A stretch of 64,000 bases of DNA, taken from Octopus sinensis. Taxonomy: Eukaryota. Shown in pieces: positions 1-14,036 of the stretch; the stretch's first letter is position 1, and every line of letters begins with the position of its first letter. The notes below the pieces were generated by a model. That model saw only the letters and a program-made list of their open reading frames with translations, was not told where the DNA came from and did no database searches. The DNA is taken from contig NC_042997.1 of NCBI RefSeq assembly GCF_006345805.1, positions 8,308,001 to 8,372,000 of the forward strand. Reading direction: 5' to 3'. A program made the position numbers and the translations under genes.

Positions 1-900
1 GTCATTTACTCTGGCCACTGAGCTAACGCTACCTTATAAGAAAGCGAATTAGGAACTTAGACGCCTCCGAAGTAATTAGCTGCCAGATAACCAGATCTAC
101 GTCAACACTAATGAGTGTGAAGACAACAGATTATGAAGAAAGGGAATAGCCATTATGCAATAATACCACAAGCTTGTCACAGCATTAACCAACACTGCTT
201 GTAATTGGAAGTATACACATTTTTATAAAAAATACTTAGCCAATACGCATAAGGCTCTTGTTGCAGCACTCTAATAATAGTTATAGAAACAAGAGAGAAC
301 TCGCAACTAATTACTAAAACAAAAACAACAAAGAAATATTTATTCTTCCCTCTACAAACAAAAAGAACACAGGTACGGCTCCAAAACTAAGGTGAATGTT
401 TACAAAGAATGTACATCTCTTTGACAATTATACGCTCAGCTGCTAAATCCTATTTTACCACGCCACGGTGTCGTAAGGAGTGTCGGAAATGGACATATGG
501 ATATGTAGAACAGTAATTGATTGTTAATCCAAGGCAAAATATAGTCAATGTATAGTCAATGCATGCATTGTTAATGTTGTGCGTAGCACATCATGGACTG
601 TACATGAAAAAATAATTGAATTTAATACCAGAGAGAAAGTTGTTATCTATGCACTACTCTTTGCAACCATAAGCAAATCCAAATTATGAGGCCAACAGAC
701 ATAGATTTGGTTTATAGATTCGATATACCTAACATGTACAAGGAGGAGAGCAACCAATGGAAACAGATACTATTCAAAATTAAAACATGAGGATCTAGAA
801 CTACGCTTGGAAATCAACGTTTCCGAACGATTAGTATAGAAATAGTAACGAGCCAGATAAATAATCAGTACGCATACTGAACTGAAGCTTCTACTAATTG
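1..900 (+). mobile_element. Possible highly decayed Penelope-like element (GIY-YIG region relic)
   Basis: Frameshifted fragments resemble the PLE linker/endonuclease: a Cys-containing stretch near 450-490 and TREKVVIYALL...GQ near 630-700 (cf. NVIY.L.C..C...YVGQT). There are many stops and the match is weak. Confidence 0.3.
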
Positions 901-1653
901 GAAATAGCAGCTAATTCACTACGAAACCACATGCTGCTGTCGTAAAATGTACAATACCTGTAAAATGAACCTACCTGTACAATACCTGTAAAATGAACAG
1001 TATGGGTCAAGTGGTGAATTTCCTTAATCATAATACTGGTCATTCCAAGTTGGCCTGGAGTTAAACTACAATCATGATTAGAGCATTGAAAATATTATTT
1101 CCGAGAACAACTGCGAGCCACTAAACATTCTGCAAAAGCAGAAAATATATTTATTCTATTGTTGCATCTAACTGACTGCGGAATCGCTGCACATTGTCCC
1201 AATCATTATATTACGCGCTAGTTGAATGACAATACTTACCTGATTAAATGTCAATAGTTTCATCCTCATTTCTAAGAGGTCTGTTTACGTTACGAAACAG
1301 CATTGAAAACAGCTGCAAGTTTATAAGACATAATCATAGTTCTATAATAAACTCTACAAGTAACAATTAGAAGATAAAAAAATTGAAGAAGGAAAAGAAT
1401 GAACAATAGAAAGACAGAAACCACAAATATTTCATAATAACTTGACAGAAGATAATGAATGGAGGTTTAGATAAGATAGGTGAAACTAAAGTCATTATTG
1501 CAAAATAAATGAATAAGTAACGTAATCTATAATTTGTTTTTCACATACTATTGTAATTGCCATCCTAATGCTAGACAAACTAGACGTATTTCTCATCAAA
1601 GTGCGTTATTTTTATATTGAAAACTAAAAGATTTATGTATATTCAAGAATTTA

Positions 1654-1654
<1 letters not shown>

Positions 1655-1710
<56 letters not shown>

Positions 1711-1742
1711 TATATATATGTATATATAATTATATGTATGCT

Positions 1743-1781
<39 letters not shown>

Positions 1782-1804
1782 GTATATATAATTATATGTA
1801 TGCT

Positions 1805-1838
<34 letters not shown>
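1655..1838. repeat. (AT)n compound microsatellite with duplicated ATAATTATATGTATGCTTGTG unit
   Basis: Direct reading. Confidence 0.9.
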
Positions 1839-1841
<3 letters not shown>

Positions 1842-2713
1842 CTTTGTATTTAAATACTTTTACTTTGCTTGGTAAATTTGTTTTAGTTATTTTACTTGCA
1901 ATCGCGAAGGTATGATTTTATTTATTTGTTTTGATTATATGAAATCAGTTTCCTATATTATTATGGACAGTTCATATGCAAACTACCCATTTGTAAAGAA
2001 CTTACTTGATTGAACGGTTGTTGTTTCTCTTTGGGGGCATATTTGTTCATATTCTGAGGAGAAAATATTCTGCGTACTAAATGCATGCATCATAAAAGGA
2101 ATTAAGTGAATATATGGTGAAAATTAACAAATACTGTTGGTAGTTACGTGCCTTAAGATATATCAAAGGCCATTTTCATAGCTTAATCTCAATTCATCCC
2201 TGATCAAACATACTAATTATCATATATGCTCCAGCCAGGACCAACCCGACTTCTGTCAGTTGTAATTAACCAATGTTTAACTTGGTAGGATATAATCGGA
2301 GGAGCTGATTCTTGCAGGCTGAACGTTTCTGTTACTGATTCAAGCAATTACTGTCTCTGTGACTCATAAGTAAAAAAAAAAATGTGCAGGGTAATATATC
2401 GATCTATCACTAATACGAAATATTTTATATAATTTCACCAACTAATTGAACTTGCAGTTAAACCTAAACCTTTACTAACTAAACAGATTACAAAACACTT
2501 TTTACATGAACTGTTTACAATGAGGATTATATGCTTTAAAATATGTACCTTAGACAGCTCGTTTCTACAAATAATGAAGTAAAAACTACTAAATAAATAT
2601 ATATATACATCTGTACGCGCACGCACTCACACACACATACCTACATACATACACACACATACACACACATACATACACATACATACATACATATATATAT
2701 ATATATATGCTAC

Positions 2714-3059
2714 GGCACACCGTCGTTTACAACGACGAGGGTTCCAGTTGATCCAATCAAATTAACGTACAAGTGGCTGAGCACTCCATACATACTTGTA
2801 CCCTTAACGTAGTTCTCGGGGAGATTCAGCGTGACACAAAGTGTGACAATACTGGTCCTTTGAAATGCAAGCACAACAGAAACAGGTAGAAAGAGTAAGA
2901 GGAAGTTGTGGTGAAAGAGTACAGCAGGATTCGCCACCATCTCCTGCCGGAGCCTCGTTGTGCTTTAAGTGTTTTCGCTCAATAAACACTCACAACGCTC
3001 GGTCTGGGAATCGAAGTCGCGAGTCCACTGCCTTAACCACCGGGCCAATGCGCCTACAC
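2714..3059 (-). mobile_element. tRNA-head SINE, family S1 (copy with internal deletion)
   Basis: Homologous to 41873-42258 and 56015-56402. The minus strand begins GTGTAGGCGCATTGGCCCGGTGGTTAAGG (A-box-like) and has a B-box-like CTTCGATTCCC. Confidence 0.9.
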
Positions 3060-3079
3060 ATATATATGTGTAGTGGGAG

Positions 3080-3167
<88 letters not shown>

Positions 3168-4427
3168 ATTCGCAGGACACACTAATGTGATGTAAACAAC
3201 CAATTTTCTCACCATTTTCTTTTTGTTAGTGATATCAATCAAAATGTTATCAATAATATTGACTTCACGTCATGGAAGGATGGTAGTCGTGATGTCTATA
3301 TATTTCTCATACAAAGTAAAATAATTTGGAATTGAACCTAGGTCACACACATTTTTTGTTTGTTTGTTTGGGCTTCTTCTTTTAGTTTTAATGCACACGG
3401 TATTGTGCACAATCACTGATAAGAAGAAACTATAATTTATATATGTGATTGATATAAAATGTAACAAATAACAAGGAACCAGGAAAGGCTTGTGATAAAT
3501 ATGTAAAACAAGGCAAGAACTGTGGTAAGCAATAGGTAACATATACAATTATCTTCTCTGGGCAAAAGATATAACTGGAGACAAGAATGCAAGGAAGACA
3601 TTTTGAAATGAAGAGATATTAAAGAAATAGAAGAGAAACAAAGGAAATAAACAGAAATGTGTTTGTGGATATGAAAAAGAGCTGTGGGCAGATTAAAATA
3701 AATAAGGCTGTAGACATGAAAAGAAGGCCGGAGGGTTGGATCACGATAAAAGGAAGAATATAGAAATAGAAAGAGGTTGGTGTAAGATAAGAATTATAAA
3801 GACTGTAAACAAGAACAAATGAGTAGTAGGATAAGGTAAGAATGATAAGAATATACATAACGGCTAAACTATAATAAGATATAAAAGCATAGGAATACAA
3901 AGCAAGGTATTATATTTTATTTATCATTATTATTTATTTATTTATTTATTTTATATTCTTTTTTATAAGTAGATTGGAGTTATAAATCTATTTCAAGGGA
4001 ATTGGTTATATGCATTGCCTGGAATAAAGCGGAACGTAAATTGCCAAGAAATTGAATCCAATATTTTTCCCTTAAGATTTCTATTTTCATATATATGCAA
4101 CGAAGACTTCGCTCTAATCCATTGGAAAAAATATTACGCAAAAATAGCGATTTACATTTAATAAGAGAACAATTTTCAATAGAAAATTTTGACTTTTATA
4201 GATGAACAACTGGGCTAAACTTTGGCTCTGTAGAATTACATATAAACCAGCTAAAGAAAAGTGCGTTTCAATAAAGTTTAAGATTTATAATAAGTCTTTC
4301 AACGATAGCTTGAAAAAGATATGTTACTGATAGAATATAACAAGATATTATTCACTGCCCTAGTTCTTCCTTTGAAGTAGTACATTGGTTATACTTTTCA
4401 TGGCGTAAAATATATGTAAGTACATGC

Positions 4428-4461
<34 letters not shown>

Positions 4462-4606
4462 TGTGCGTGTGTGCATGTATACACATGTGTGTGAGTGTTT
4501 ATGTGTGCATGAGTGTACGTATATTTTGTATGTGTGCCTGTCTATGTGTGCGCATGGAAAAATTGCAATCTTTCATTCTAATTTTTTTATTGGTTTCTTA
4601 AAGTTA

Positions 4607-4651
<45 letters not shown>

Positions 4652-5629
4652 GGAAAATGTTTTCCTCCTTTCAACTTTCTATAATTCAAAAAGGAATACT
4701 TTTGTAAAGGAAAATCTTTTTGTAATCAATCTTTAAATTCCGCTATCGTATATACACTGATGCAGTCTTATAGTTTATATTATGCCATATAAAATTAATT
4801 GTTCCACTTATTTTAGTCCCATAATCTTCAAAACTTCTCTAGGTGTATTGCAGCTGTTTTTGCTTTTCGTAAGAACTAAAATTTCAATGCGAGAGACTGA
4901 GGCAACGAGGTTGATGGACCTGAGTTAATAGATATAAAAATTTAATTTCCCTCATAACTATCTTCATCTTTCTTTAAGTAGATGCGACGAAAATGCGAAA
5001 AAATAAATAATAATTCGAATAGAATTAAATTTCCAAACGTTTGCTATAAAAATCAATATACAAACTTAAAAACAACTAATCGAATACCTCTGCAACATTA
5101 CCTCTATGCCAATGCTGTGTACAAATCTAATCTGGAACTATGGTGTAATCTCTACTCATATTGGTGCAACATTTCTTCATTTGCCAATATATGTCTGAAG
5201 GCTCTGATTTTGGCCAAACTAGATATTGGCAAGTTGGATTTTATCAGAACAAGTTATTCTAATTTAATTCCGAGAATTACAGTTAATTATCAACTTGGAA
5301 AAGAAATGTGGCCTAAGGAAGCAATATTATTTACAATAAGTCTTTGAAGCTTAGAGATTAGATAAGACAAAATTTCAGCATACACAATATTTAAATAGTT
5401 ATAATATATTTTATGATAGCTGTCACAAGCAGATAGCTCCGTAAAAGGCGACTATAAATTGTTTGAAATATCCACAGAACTGATTCTATGATTTTTGAAG
5501 GGGGTGGGAATTGAAGTCAACACTATCTTTGTTAAAGACACAGAAGACTACATTTTATAATTAATTTAATCAATATCTAAAAAAACAAGACCTATCTCTT
5601 CCACTTATAGAACTGTATATGTTATTATA

Positions 5630-5864
5630 CAGGGTGACCCCAATGCAGGTTTACAGTTATCACGTAGGTTCTTTAAATTTCATTTAAAACATTTTATTAC
5701 ATTTAAAATTCTATCTTACAAACTGAAAAGGGTGCTTGACAAAATTAACTAAATTAGCATAGAATAATGGTGTGATTTTTTTTGATAATTAAGATCTAAA
5801 CCATTAATATATGAATGCGAAAGAGATAGTTGAATAACTGTAAACCTACTTTTGGGCCACACTG
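5630..5864. mobile_element. Tc1/mariner-type MITE
   Basis: Imperfect TIRs CAGGGTGACCCCAATGCAGGTTTACAGTTAT / rc CAGTGTGGCCCAAAAGTAGGTTTACAGTTAT, flanked by TA on both sides. Confidence 0.75.
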
Positions 5865-8800
5865 TATGATATTCTGCAGAAGTACATCTCATGCAGCTAA
5901 TGTACCATAAACATTATTTTGTAAAGAAACATTATGTATTTTCTATTGCTTTCTTGTAACATTGAGCATTACCATTTATCATAAAATACAATGAAGCATT
6001 TATATCATTAATTGTGACGAAAATACAGATTAAATTAAAGATTTCCCTGATGTCTAAGCTTGGCACTTTTGACAAATATCTCCTCTATAGACTGAGAGTC
6101 AAACATTGTAAGTAAAATCGAGTCGATGGAAAATATAACTACTACACATTGAACTGGTTTTGTGTGATAAAGCGAATGCATCACTTTGTTTATCAGTAAA
6201 ATCTGTCCCCTTGGGTGTTCTTTCCGGTTCTATTTTTTACAAATATCAGCATCTGGTCCCCTGTCACTGTATTTTGTTGGCTTTGCATGTTATGGACTCT
6301 ACCTTTGTCTCTATAAGAAAGTAGTAAAAGTTTGAAATAATACAGATAGCGTACGTACCTTTCCGCATAGAAGAGTGCGTTTTCAACGTTGGCACTGTAC
6401 CCATGTAGCTACGATTAGTTGTTTGAATCTAAGAGTTAAATTTCAGATATTTTGAAAATTTTAAATTCAAACATTTTCCCATTTAACTTTCAAAGACGTC
6501 AATATTGTATTACTTTTAGTATTGTGGTTTGGGAAATGGCTTTGGTTGAGCAGAGTCATCGTGCCTTTCAAAATATATTCGAGCTCTTTACGTTCTGAGT
6601 TAAACCTGCGTCGAAATCAGCTTCGCCTCTCTTAGTTTAGAATCAATAAATCTATTAACCAACTCCCCTCAAAATTGCTGGTCTGGTTCATTATTATGGC
6701 TTAAAACGAGGTAGGGGATTGTCAAAATTATTAAAGCATTGGACAAAATTCTTTGCAGATAAGAGTGATTTCCATTCTGTGCTTATATCCCACTCAGATC
6801 AAATTTGCTCTTCATCCTCCCAAGATGGATAGTATAAAGTACGAAGGCCTACATAATCGACCATTCATCTCCCGCCGAATTTATGGCTGCATGTCTGTTA
6901 GAGATTATTACTTACAATCATTTAAATTGGATATTTTGAAGTCTTTACGTGTTATATATTGAAATATGTTGTATGTTTATTCAAATCATAAAAGGCATTT
7001 ACAATAGAATTCCATGAATTTAGTTAAGATATGCATTAGCTTTTCTTGAATCATTTGTTTCAAAAATTAAATGATGTAAGTCATATTTCGGTTTTTTATG
7101 ATATGTTATAGAAATATTTTGCTAACCTACTGAATAATTAATTCCTGCAGTGACAGTAATTGCTTGTACCAGTGATGTATTTTTTATTCTTATAACAGAA
7201 TGCACAATTTGAAGAGGATTGGGAGAATGCAGGATTATCATCGAAAGCCTCTAGTCTGTATTTTTGCCGGTGAGAGTGAATCCTTTAAGTCCGTTGTATA
7301 TACTTATTGTATAGTAAATGCTTACATACAAACGAGCTAATTTTCGCACGTGTTAAGAAATCAATTGTTTTAATAACATACAAATGAATACTTTAATAAG
7401 TCAGAATAAAACTAGGATAATGAAATGAAAGTATAAGAAAATATTTCTTCAACCTTCATGACAATTTTGCTGCATAGTTCGAACAAACATTTTGTATGTC
7501 AAGAGGATATAGACTGTACATTTTAATACGATGCAGGCAGCACAGAAATCGACTTCCAATGCTGAAAACAATACTTCACATGAGTAAAACAATGTGAGTT
7601 TTTAGGAATGTGTTCACAAACATTTTAATAGTACTAACATTTTCGGGAATGCCGTTCCACTTTTAGACGTTCACATTTTGAATGTTTATTCGCGGTTTCT
7701 TGCACACGTTCATATTCAATTTATTCTAAGTGTAATGGATTTACTTACCGGAACAAGATTAGATTAGAAGTCGTCTAACTGCACTTCTAAATCTTTTAAA
7801 TCCCCACCATTTATGCGTATCTAATTCCGGACCCTGAATTGTCCCCCGTTGCAATATTTTCTCAATTGTATTGTTTTCTTTAAACTGCACAAATCTTGAA
7901 TTAAACTTTCAGTCACAGCACGCCGAACTTCTATATGCTGGTATCGCGTATTTTGCAACATCCTTATAGTTTGGTTTCTTTAAAAGATTAAAATATGTCG
8001 TGATTATTCTCGAAACTCTTGATCAAACCACTTACCGCGTCAATAGATTTTCATAACATTAAATTTATTTGGTTTGGATACAATAAAAATACTCGTTAAA
8101 ATGTATGTTACAGAACCAGGTTAAAATTATTTAGCAGTAGAATTATGCACCTTGTTTTTATTTGAAAATAGTAAAACTTCCAACAAACTGTTCCAGAACT
8201 TATCGTACTCTATTATGCACTACTATCATAATTTTCAAGTAAATTTAATTCTTAGCCCTCTCAGCTCTCAAACTGACTATTTCTATTGCATATTCTCATC
8301 TAATGAAATCGTAAAAGCTTACAATTTGAAACAGCATTCAATGTATAGTTCAGGAAAAACGAAAGAATAATAGTATGATGTACACTCTTGTAAGTTGCGT
8401 TACCAAACCAATATTGAGGACTACCATCTTAGTGGCACCGTCAGCCATACTGAAATTACTTTTAACGAATATATTTAAACCTTAGGAAACATTTTGTGAT
8501 ATATTCATGCATGTCAGGAATAGGATCTCCGAGAACATATCGCCCAATAACAGTTTATTAAGCCAATAAAATAGACAATTAAAAAGATGTGACAAGTATT
8601 TAAGAATTCTTAAATTTGATTTCCTGTATTAGCATTCATTTCATAACTCTGCCTTTGGGGTATTACTTCATATTGCTAACTAATCCGCTCACTTTATAGC
8701 AGAATCCTCTTTATGTAACTGGTCAAACAAAGCGATATACATTTAGCAAAACTACTTTTAATAAATTCACAAGCATTTAACGATTTTCCATTATCAACAA

Positions 8801-9639
8801 CAGTATGTGTGAAATGCAAAACCATACAGTTACTAAATAAAAAGGCCAAAGAATTATTTAAATAAGTTTGTGACTTTAAATGTGTTACTGCTGCTATAAT
8901 CTTTAGTGTTTTCTAGAAGCCACTAATATTTAATCGTATCTTCAGTGATTTCTAGAAGCCACTAGCGTTTAGAGTGAAAATTTTTGTTTACGTTCCAGGT
9001 TCTATTCACCAGCTACTTACATATATAATGAAATTTCTCAATCTTATCAATGGTGCTATACTGTTGTTCAGCCTATCAATCTTCTAAATTTCGTCCACTT
9101 CTTTTTGTGTGTGTGTGTGTGTGTGTATGTCAATTTGTTTCTATCAATAGTTGATGCCATTATGTCTGAATTCAGAAAATATGAATGAAATAATTTTTAA
9201 AGAAGCTAAAAACCATGAAGTTAACGCATTGTACCCTCCAGTTCAAAGCGAAGGTTGAGTTGTTAATTTATGGGCATTGATATATAGAGCTGCATCGTCA
9301 GATATCTCTACGACGAAATTTTCTGTTAATCTTTTTAAAATTCTTTGTCATGTTTAGAGAGTTTTCCATACCTGAAATAACAAATAGATGTTTGAAATCT
9401 ATAGCATGTTACCTCAAGTCACATAGCGTGTATTTGCTGATGCGTATTGCAAAGCTTTGCCATTACTGATCTATCATTACTAGCTTTACAGTATAGTTGC
9501 GAAAATATGACCGTTGTGAGTAATTGATATAAGACATTACATAACCATTGCATAGCTATTCAAAAGCTAGCAGACTAGTAGAAAATGTATTGTGCATTGT
9601 TCTAGCTTGTAACATATTGTGTATTGTTCCTATTCAGAT

Positions 9640-9687
<48 letters not shown>

Positions 9688-10207
9688 GATGAGGTGGGTT
9701 TCCTTAAATTATTATAATGATGAAACTGTAGATAAGATTTCAACATAAATTGCCTGCAGTGTAGGACATATTTCAAGCGTAGGAAATAGATGTTTAAATT
9801 TGTAATGAAACGCGTTGTTCAAATTAGATTATTTCAACAACAACATAATAATAATCATTCGGATCTATCTTTAATCAATCAATAGACAGATATTAACAGC
9901 TATTTTTCAAGTAGTTTTTACTCGAATTCTTTAATTTATATTTTTGTATTACATCCGTTATCATTGTTCTTTTCTCATAATGAAAGATTGCCATTATCTT
10001 ACCTAAATTTCATTCAGGAATTCTTTTCATTCATTATTATTTAGATTCGTTTATGATTATGCTTTTAAATGATTTCTGCAAGTAACATATATTATCTAAT
10101 AAAATCCGTGTTCTACATCCCTAGATCTTTGTCTTTTTTATGTACTTATCTTTCTTCCTTTCCTTCTATATACCTACCGGGCTATCTACCTATTTGTCTC
10201 TGTCTCA

Positions 10208-10417
10208 ATCTCTCTCTCTCTCTCTCTCTCTCTCCATATATATATATACATATATATATATACGTATATATATATATATGTATGTATATATATATACGTA
10301 TATATATGTATGTATATATATACGTACATTCATACATGTATATATACGCATACATATATTTACACAAATACACATATATAAGCACATACAACAAGTACAT
10401 AAATGTGTATGTATATG

Positions 10418-10463
<46 letters not shown>

Positions 10464-10486
10464 CATATACACACATACGTGTGTGT
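10208..10486. repeat. Compound (CT)n/(AT)n/(AC)n microsatellite
   Basis: Direct reading; explains the YI/HT-rich spurious ORFs. Confidence 0.9.
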
Positions 10487-11608
10487 ATTGGTGCAAAAAT
10501 AGTTGTCTTTACACATAAATATACATGCATAAATTTAACATGTATTGCTCATTGCTATCTTGTACTTGATATTTCAATTAATTTTGAATTTGCGCATGCT
10601 CAAAGTCATTAAACTGACAACATAAATACAGCTATTAACTTTAAAAATCGGAATGTTCATATATTTGAAAGCGTTCAATCTATGAACATTTTAAAGGAAT
10701 TTAGCCACTGGCTTGAATCTTGAGAAAATATATGATAAACGTTTCATTTATTTTATACTCAAATTTCAGCTCAAATAAAGAAGAATACAAGCCAAAATAA
10801 ATAAAATGCAATATAATTATGATATTTATAATTTTAACATAATACGATTTACAAGAAATACAAACGGTAATAATCTAATTTTATACACTTAAGAATCTCA
10901 GACTTGATTCGTTCATAAAAGAAGGATATGACACCATTGATGATACGTATTTAACATAAATTTCTGATTACTTAATGTATATATGTGTTACAGTGTGAAA
11001 GCATTTTCTCATACTTTTTTTCAATCTGATTTCCTCTGAGGCTAACAGTTTTGATGCATTTCTCTTAAAATTTGTATATTACTTGCGCATGCTAAATGAC
11101 ATATTTTTAGCGCAGGCTCAAAATCTATCAAGAACTGGACCACTTAACTGTAAAATTTGTCTCTGCCGGTGAAGTGCTGGATATATAATATTTGTTATAC
11201 AAAACCTGACATATTTGAAAAGCAGTAACCAAGAAGCGTAAGATAAGAAAATGGAAGATATTCCTTCAACTAGCCGAGAGAATAAGGCTCTTAAAAAATC
11301 TCGTTTCATTAGTTTCGGAGAGATCTTTGAAGCTTTATCAATTGGCTTTCTTTCACCTAAAGACCCGATGTTAATTTTCCCAACATGGGAATCCAGCAGA
11401 GTGGAGAACTTGGAATCAGAAAGCAATGACTCGCAACATATAATGCAAAACTTTCATCCAACGCGGTAACTATTTTTTTTAACCATCGCAATTGAGAGAT
11501 AATCTGTCTTGCAGCACCAAAAGAACGAAGGGCAGGCTCACCTGGATTTGTTTTAGTGCGGAGAGAAAATGAATAATCTTTTCTATTATAGACATTGTAG
11601 AGGAGCAG

Positions 11609-11777
11609 CTAGTCGATTATCTCGATCCCACTGCTCAAATGGTACTTACTTCATCGAGCCCAAAAGGATAAAAGTCGAGGTGACATTGGCGTAAGTTGGA
11701 TTCAGAACGTAAACAGTGAAGAAATGCTAGTATCTAACTTTATCCGGCGTACCTACTATACTGACAGCTTGCCACTT
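11609..11777 (-). mobile_element. Decayed SINE, family S3
   Basis: Degenerate match to the GTCGATTACATCGACCCCAG...GAAAGGATGAAAGGCAAAGTCGAC...GAACTCAGAACG block of 38270-38500. Confidence 0.6.
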
Positions 11778-11909
11778 CAGATATGAAATAATGCAAAGTA
11801 TCATATCGACGCTATAATGACTCAGTTAGTACGTCTTTACATATGTGTGTGAGTTTGTACAAGCACACGATCAAGTATTTATATATACAATCTTTTATTT
11901 GTTTTAGTG

Positions 11910-12297
11910 ATTGAACTGCAGCCAAGGAGGATTTTTGGTCGAATGACTCGACACCAGTACATATTTTATCAAGCCAAGCATTTATTCTATTCATCTCTTT
12001 TGCCAAAGCGCTATGTTACAGGCACATAAACACACTAACACCGGTTGTCCTGAGGTAGAGGGGGAAAACACAGGTACAAAGGCACACACAAAGGAAATCA
12101 CACATATACACATACACACATACACATACACGCACGTACGGATTTCTTTCAGTTTCTGTCTAACAAATCCACTCGCAATATTTTGGTAGGCCCAAAGACA
12201 TAGTAGAAGACACTTGCCCAAGATGCCACGCAGCAGGATTGAACTCGGGACCATTTGGGTGGGTAGCAAACCTCTTATCATATAGCCATACCTGCAC
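11910..12297 (-). mobile_element. SINE, family S2 (decayed)
   Basis: Reverse complement of the 41028-41433 head and body (GACACTTGCCCAAGATGCCACGCAGCAGGATTGAACTC). Confidence 0.8.
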
Positions 12298-12451
12298 CCA
12301 TATATACATATCAATATACATAGTGAGAGAGTGAGCGAGGAATAAGAAAGAAACGTAAGAAGACAGAGGGAGTATTAACATCACATATCGAGCAACAAGA
12401 AATTTACCACACATTTTGTAAGAATACTAGCAAATTTAAAACTTCACACAT

Positions 12452-12505
<54 letters not shown>

Positions 12506-12550
12506 TGTGTGTATACACCTATATGTGTGTGATAGGGTAGGGTGTATATA

Positions 12551-12605
<55 letters not shown>

Positions 12606-12889
12606 TCTATCTTTCTTTTTTTTTGTGCGGATGTGTGAGTGTTGTGTGTCTGCATGTGCTAAGAAGAAGATAGGTATTAACTCTGGATTTTATGGTAAAT
12701 ATATAAAGGTACTATGAAATTGTTAATTCTGGTAAGTCATTATCCTTTTCAAAACGTAGATTTGGATTCGACATTCATATTCATATTCAACGAGATTTAG
12801 TCGTACGAGAATAATGCAAAAAAAAAGAGAAAAGAAGGCAAGACTTTTATTAACTGACATGACTTATTGACGTAGTACATCTCTTTCAC

Positions 12890-13600
12890 TATACAAACCA
12901 ATTTAATAAAGTCCCCGTGGCATACAATGCGTTTGCACCACCATTGAATCCACCTCTCCATTCTATACAAAAAAATCAGGTGTGCACTGCTGTATCTAAT
13001 TCTTTATAGCTGCTTTCACATTGCCTGTGTCCTCCAACCGTTGTCACGATTTAGAAGCAAACAGGTGTGAGAACCAGAGATCACTAGATCCAAGTTGTAC
13101 AGTAGACGTTGAATCAGTGACAAGTCCGATTTGTCAATAGCTAAATTCGTTACCAAGAATGAGTTGACACGCATTGTCATAGAAATGTGAACTCTTTTTG
13201 CATTCTTCTTCATAACGATATGGGCACGTTGTAACTCTTGTTGGTTTCACACGCGTCCAACAGATCACCGTAGAATTTCACGCTTTCCTCCTTCACATTG
13301 GTTATCACCAGCAAAGATACTGATTTTGCACATACTTAACAATGCAAAACGTTGTTGGCAGTCTTCTGTAATTCGTTGTGACTATTTTCCACTTGTGCGA
13401 CAGGCTTATGACTCATTGTCCGCACAATTCAAATCTTCAACTCGTTGGCGATTCGTGTGAGCAGTTACGGTTGACGAAATCCCATTGTGTGGTTGATCTC
13501 CAATGCGCTGTGTGCTAGAACTTCATTAAACTTCTTCGTGCATGAGAGCACATTCTCTTGCAAATGGTGTCATCTCTGTAAACAACCTGTAGCCTTTGTC
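12890..13600 (-). mobile_element. Decayed mariner (DD34D-like) transposase relic
   Basis: Minus strand gives FYDNA (13170-13184; HDNA motif) and about 100 nt later YNLDLVISGSH (cf. YSPDLAPSDFH), then GH..ES.KELDTAVHT; multiple stops and frameshifts. Confidence 0.6.
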
Positions 13601-13854
13601 AAGAAATCAATGCTGCTTGTAACTCATTATTTGACCGCAATGAAAAAGTTCTGGAAGAATTGTTACAATAGAGGAAATATTACTGTATCAAGATATGCTA
13701 CTCAGCGACGTAGCAGTAAATAAGAATGTATATATGTACGTATGCTAACTAATGCATCTATGTGTTAATCATCACATCCAACCGCGTGTAATTTCTTACA
13801 GGTGGCCATGTATTTCGGTCTTCACAAGATTTTCAAAATAATAACTTATTTAAT

Positions 13855-14036
13855 GTATACTAGCCATCACAATATGGCTAACCACTAAGGGTGAGTGTTG
13901 CTGTAGCTTTTAGCCCCAGGAGATCATCGTCTCCAGCTGGCTTTAGGCACACTCCTGGAGACAATGATCTCCTGAGGCTAAAAGCTACAGTAACACCCAC
14001 CCTTAGTGGTTAGCCATATTGAGATTGCTAGTATAC
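13855..14036. mobile_element. Foldback/MITE: ~82-bp inverted arms with 18-nt spacer
   Basis: 13855-13936 is the reverse complement of 13955-14036 with a few mismatches; both ends are GTATAC. Confidence 0.85.

Noticed and set aside
948-998. 23-bp direct repeat TGTACAATACCTGTAAAATGAAC twice
   Set aside because: Simple local tandem duplication with only two units; not CRISPR-like
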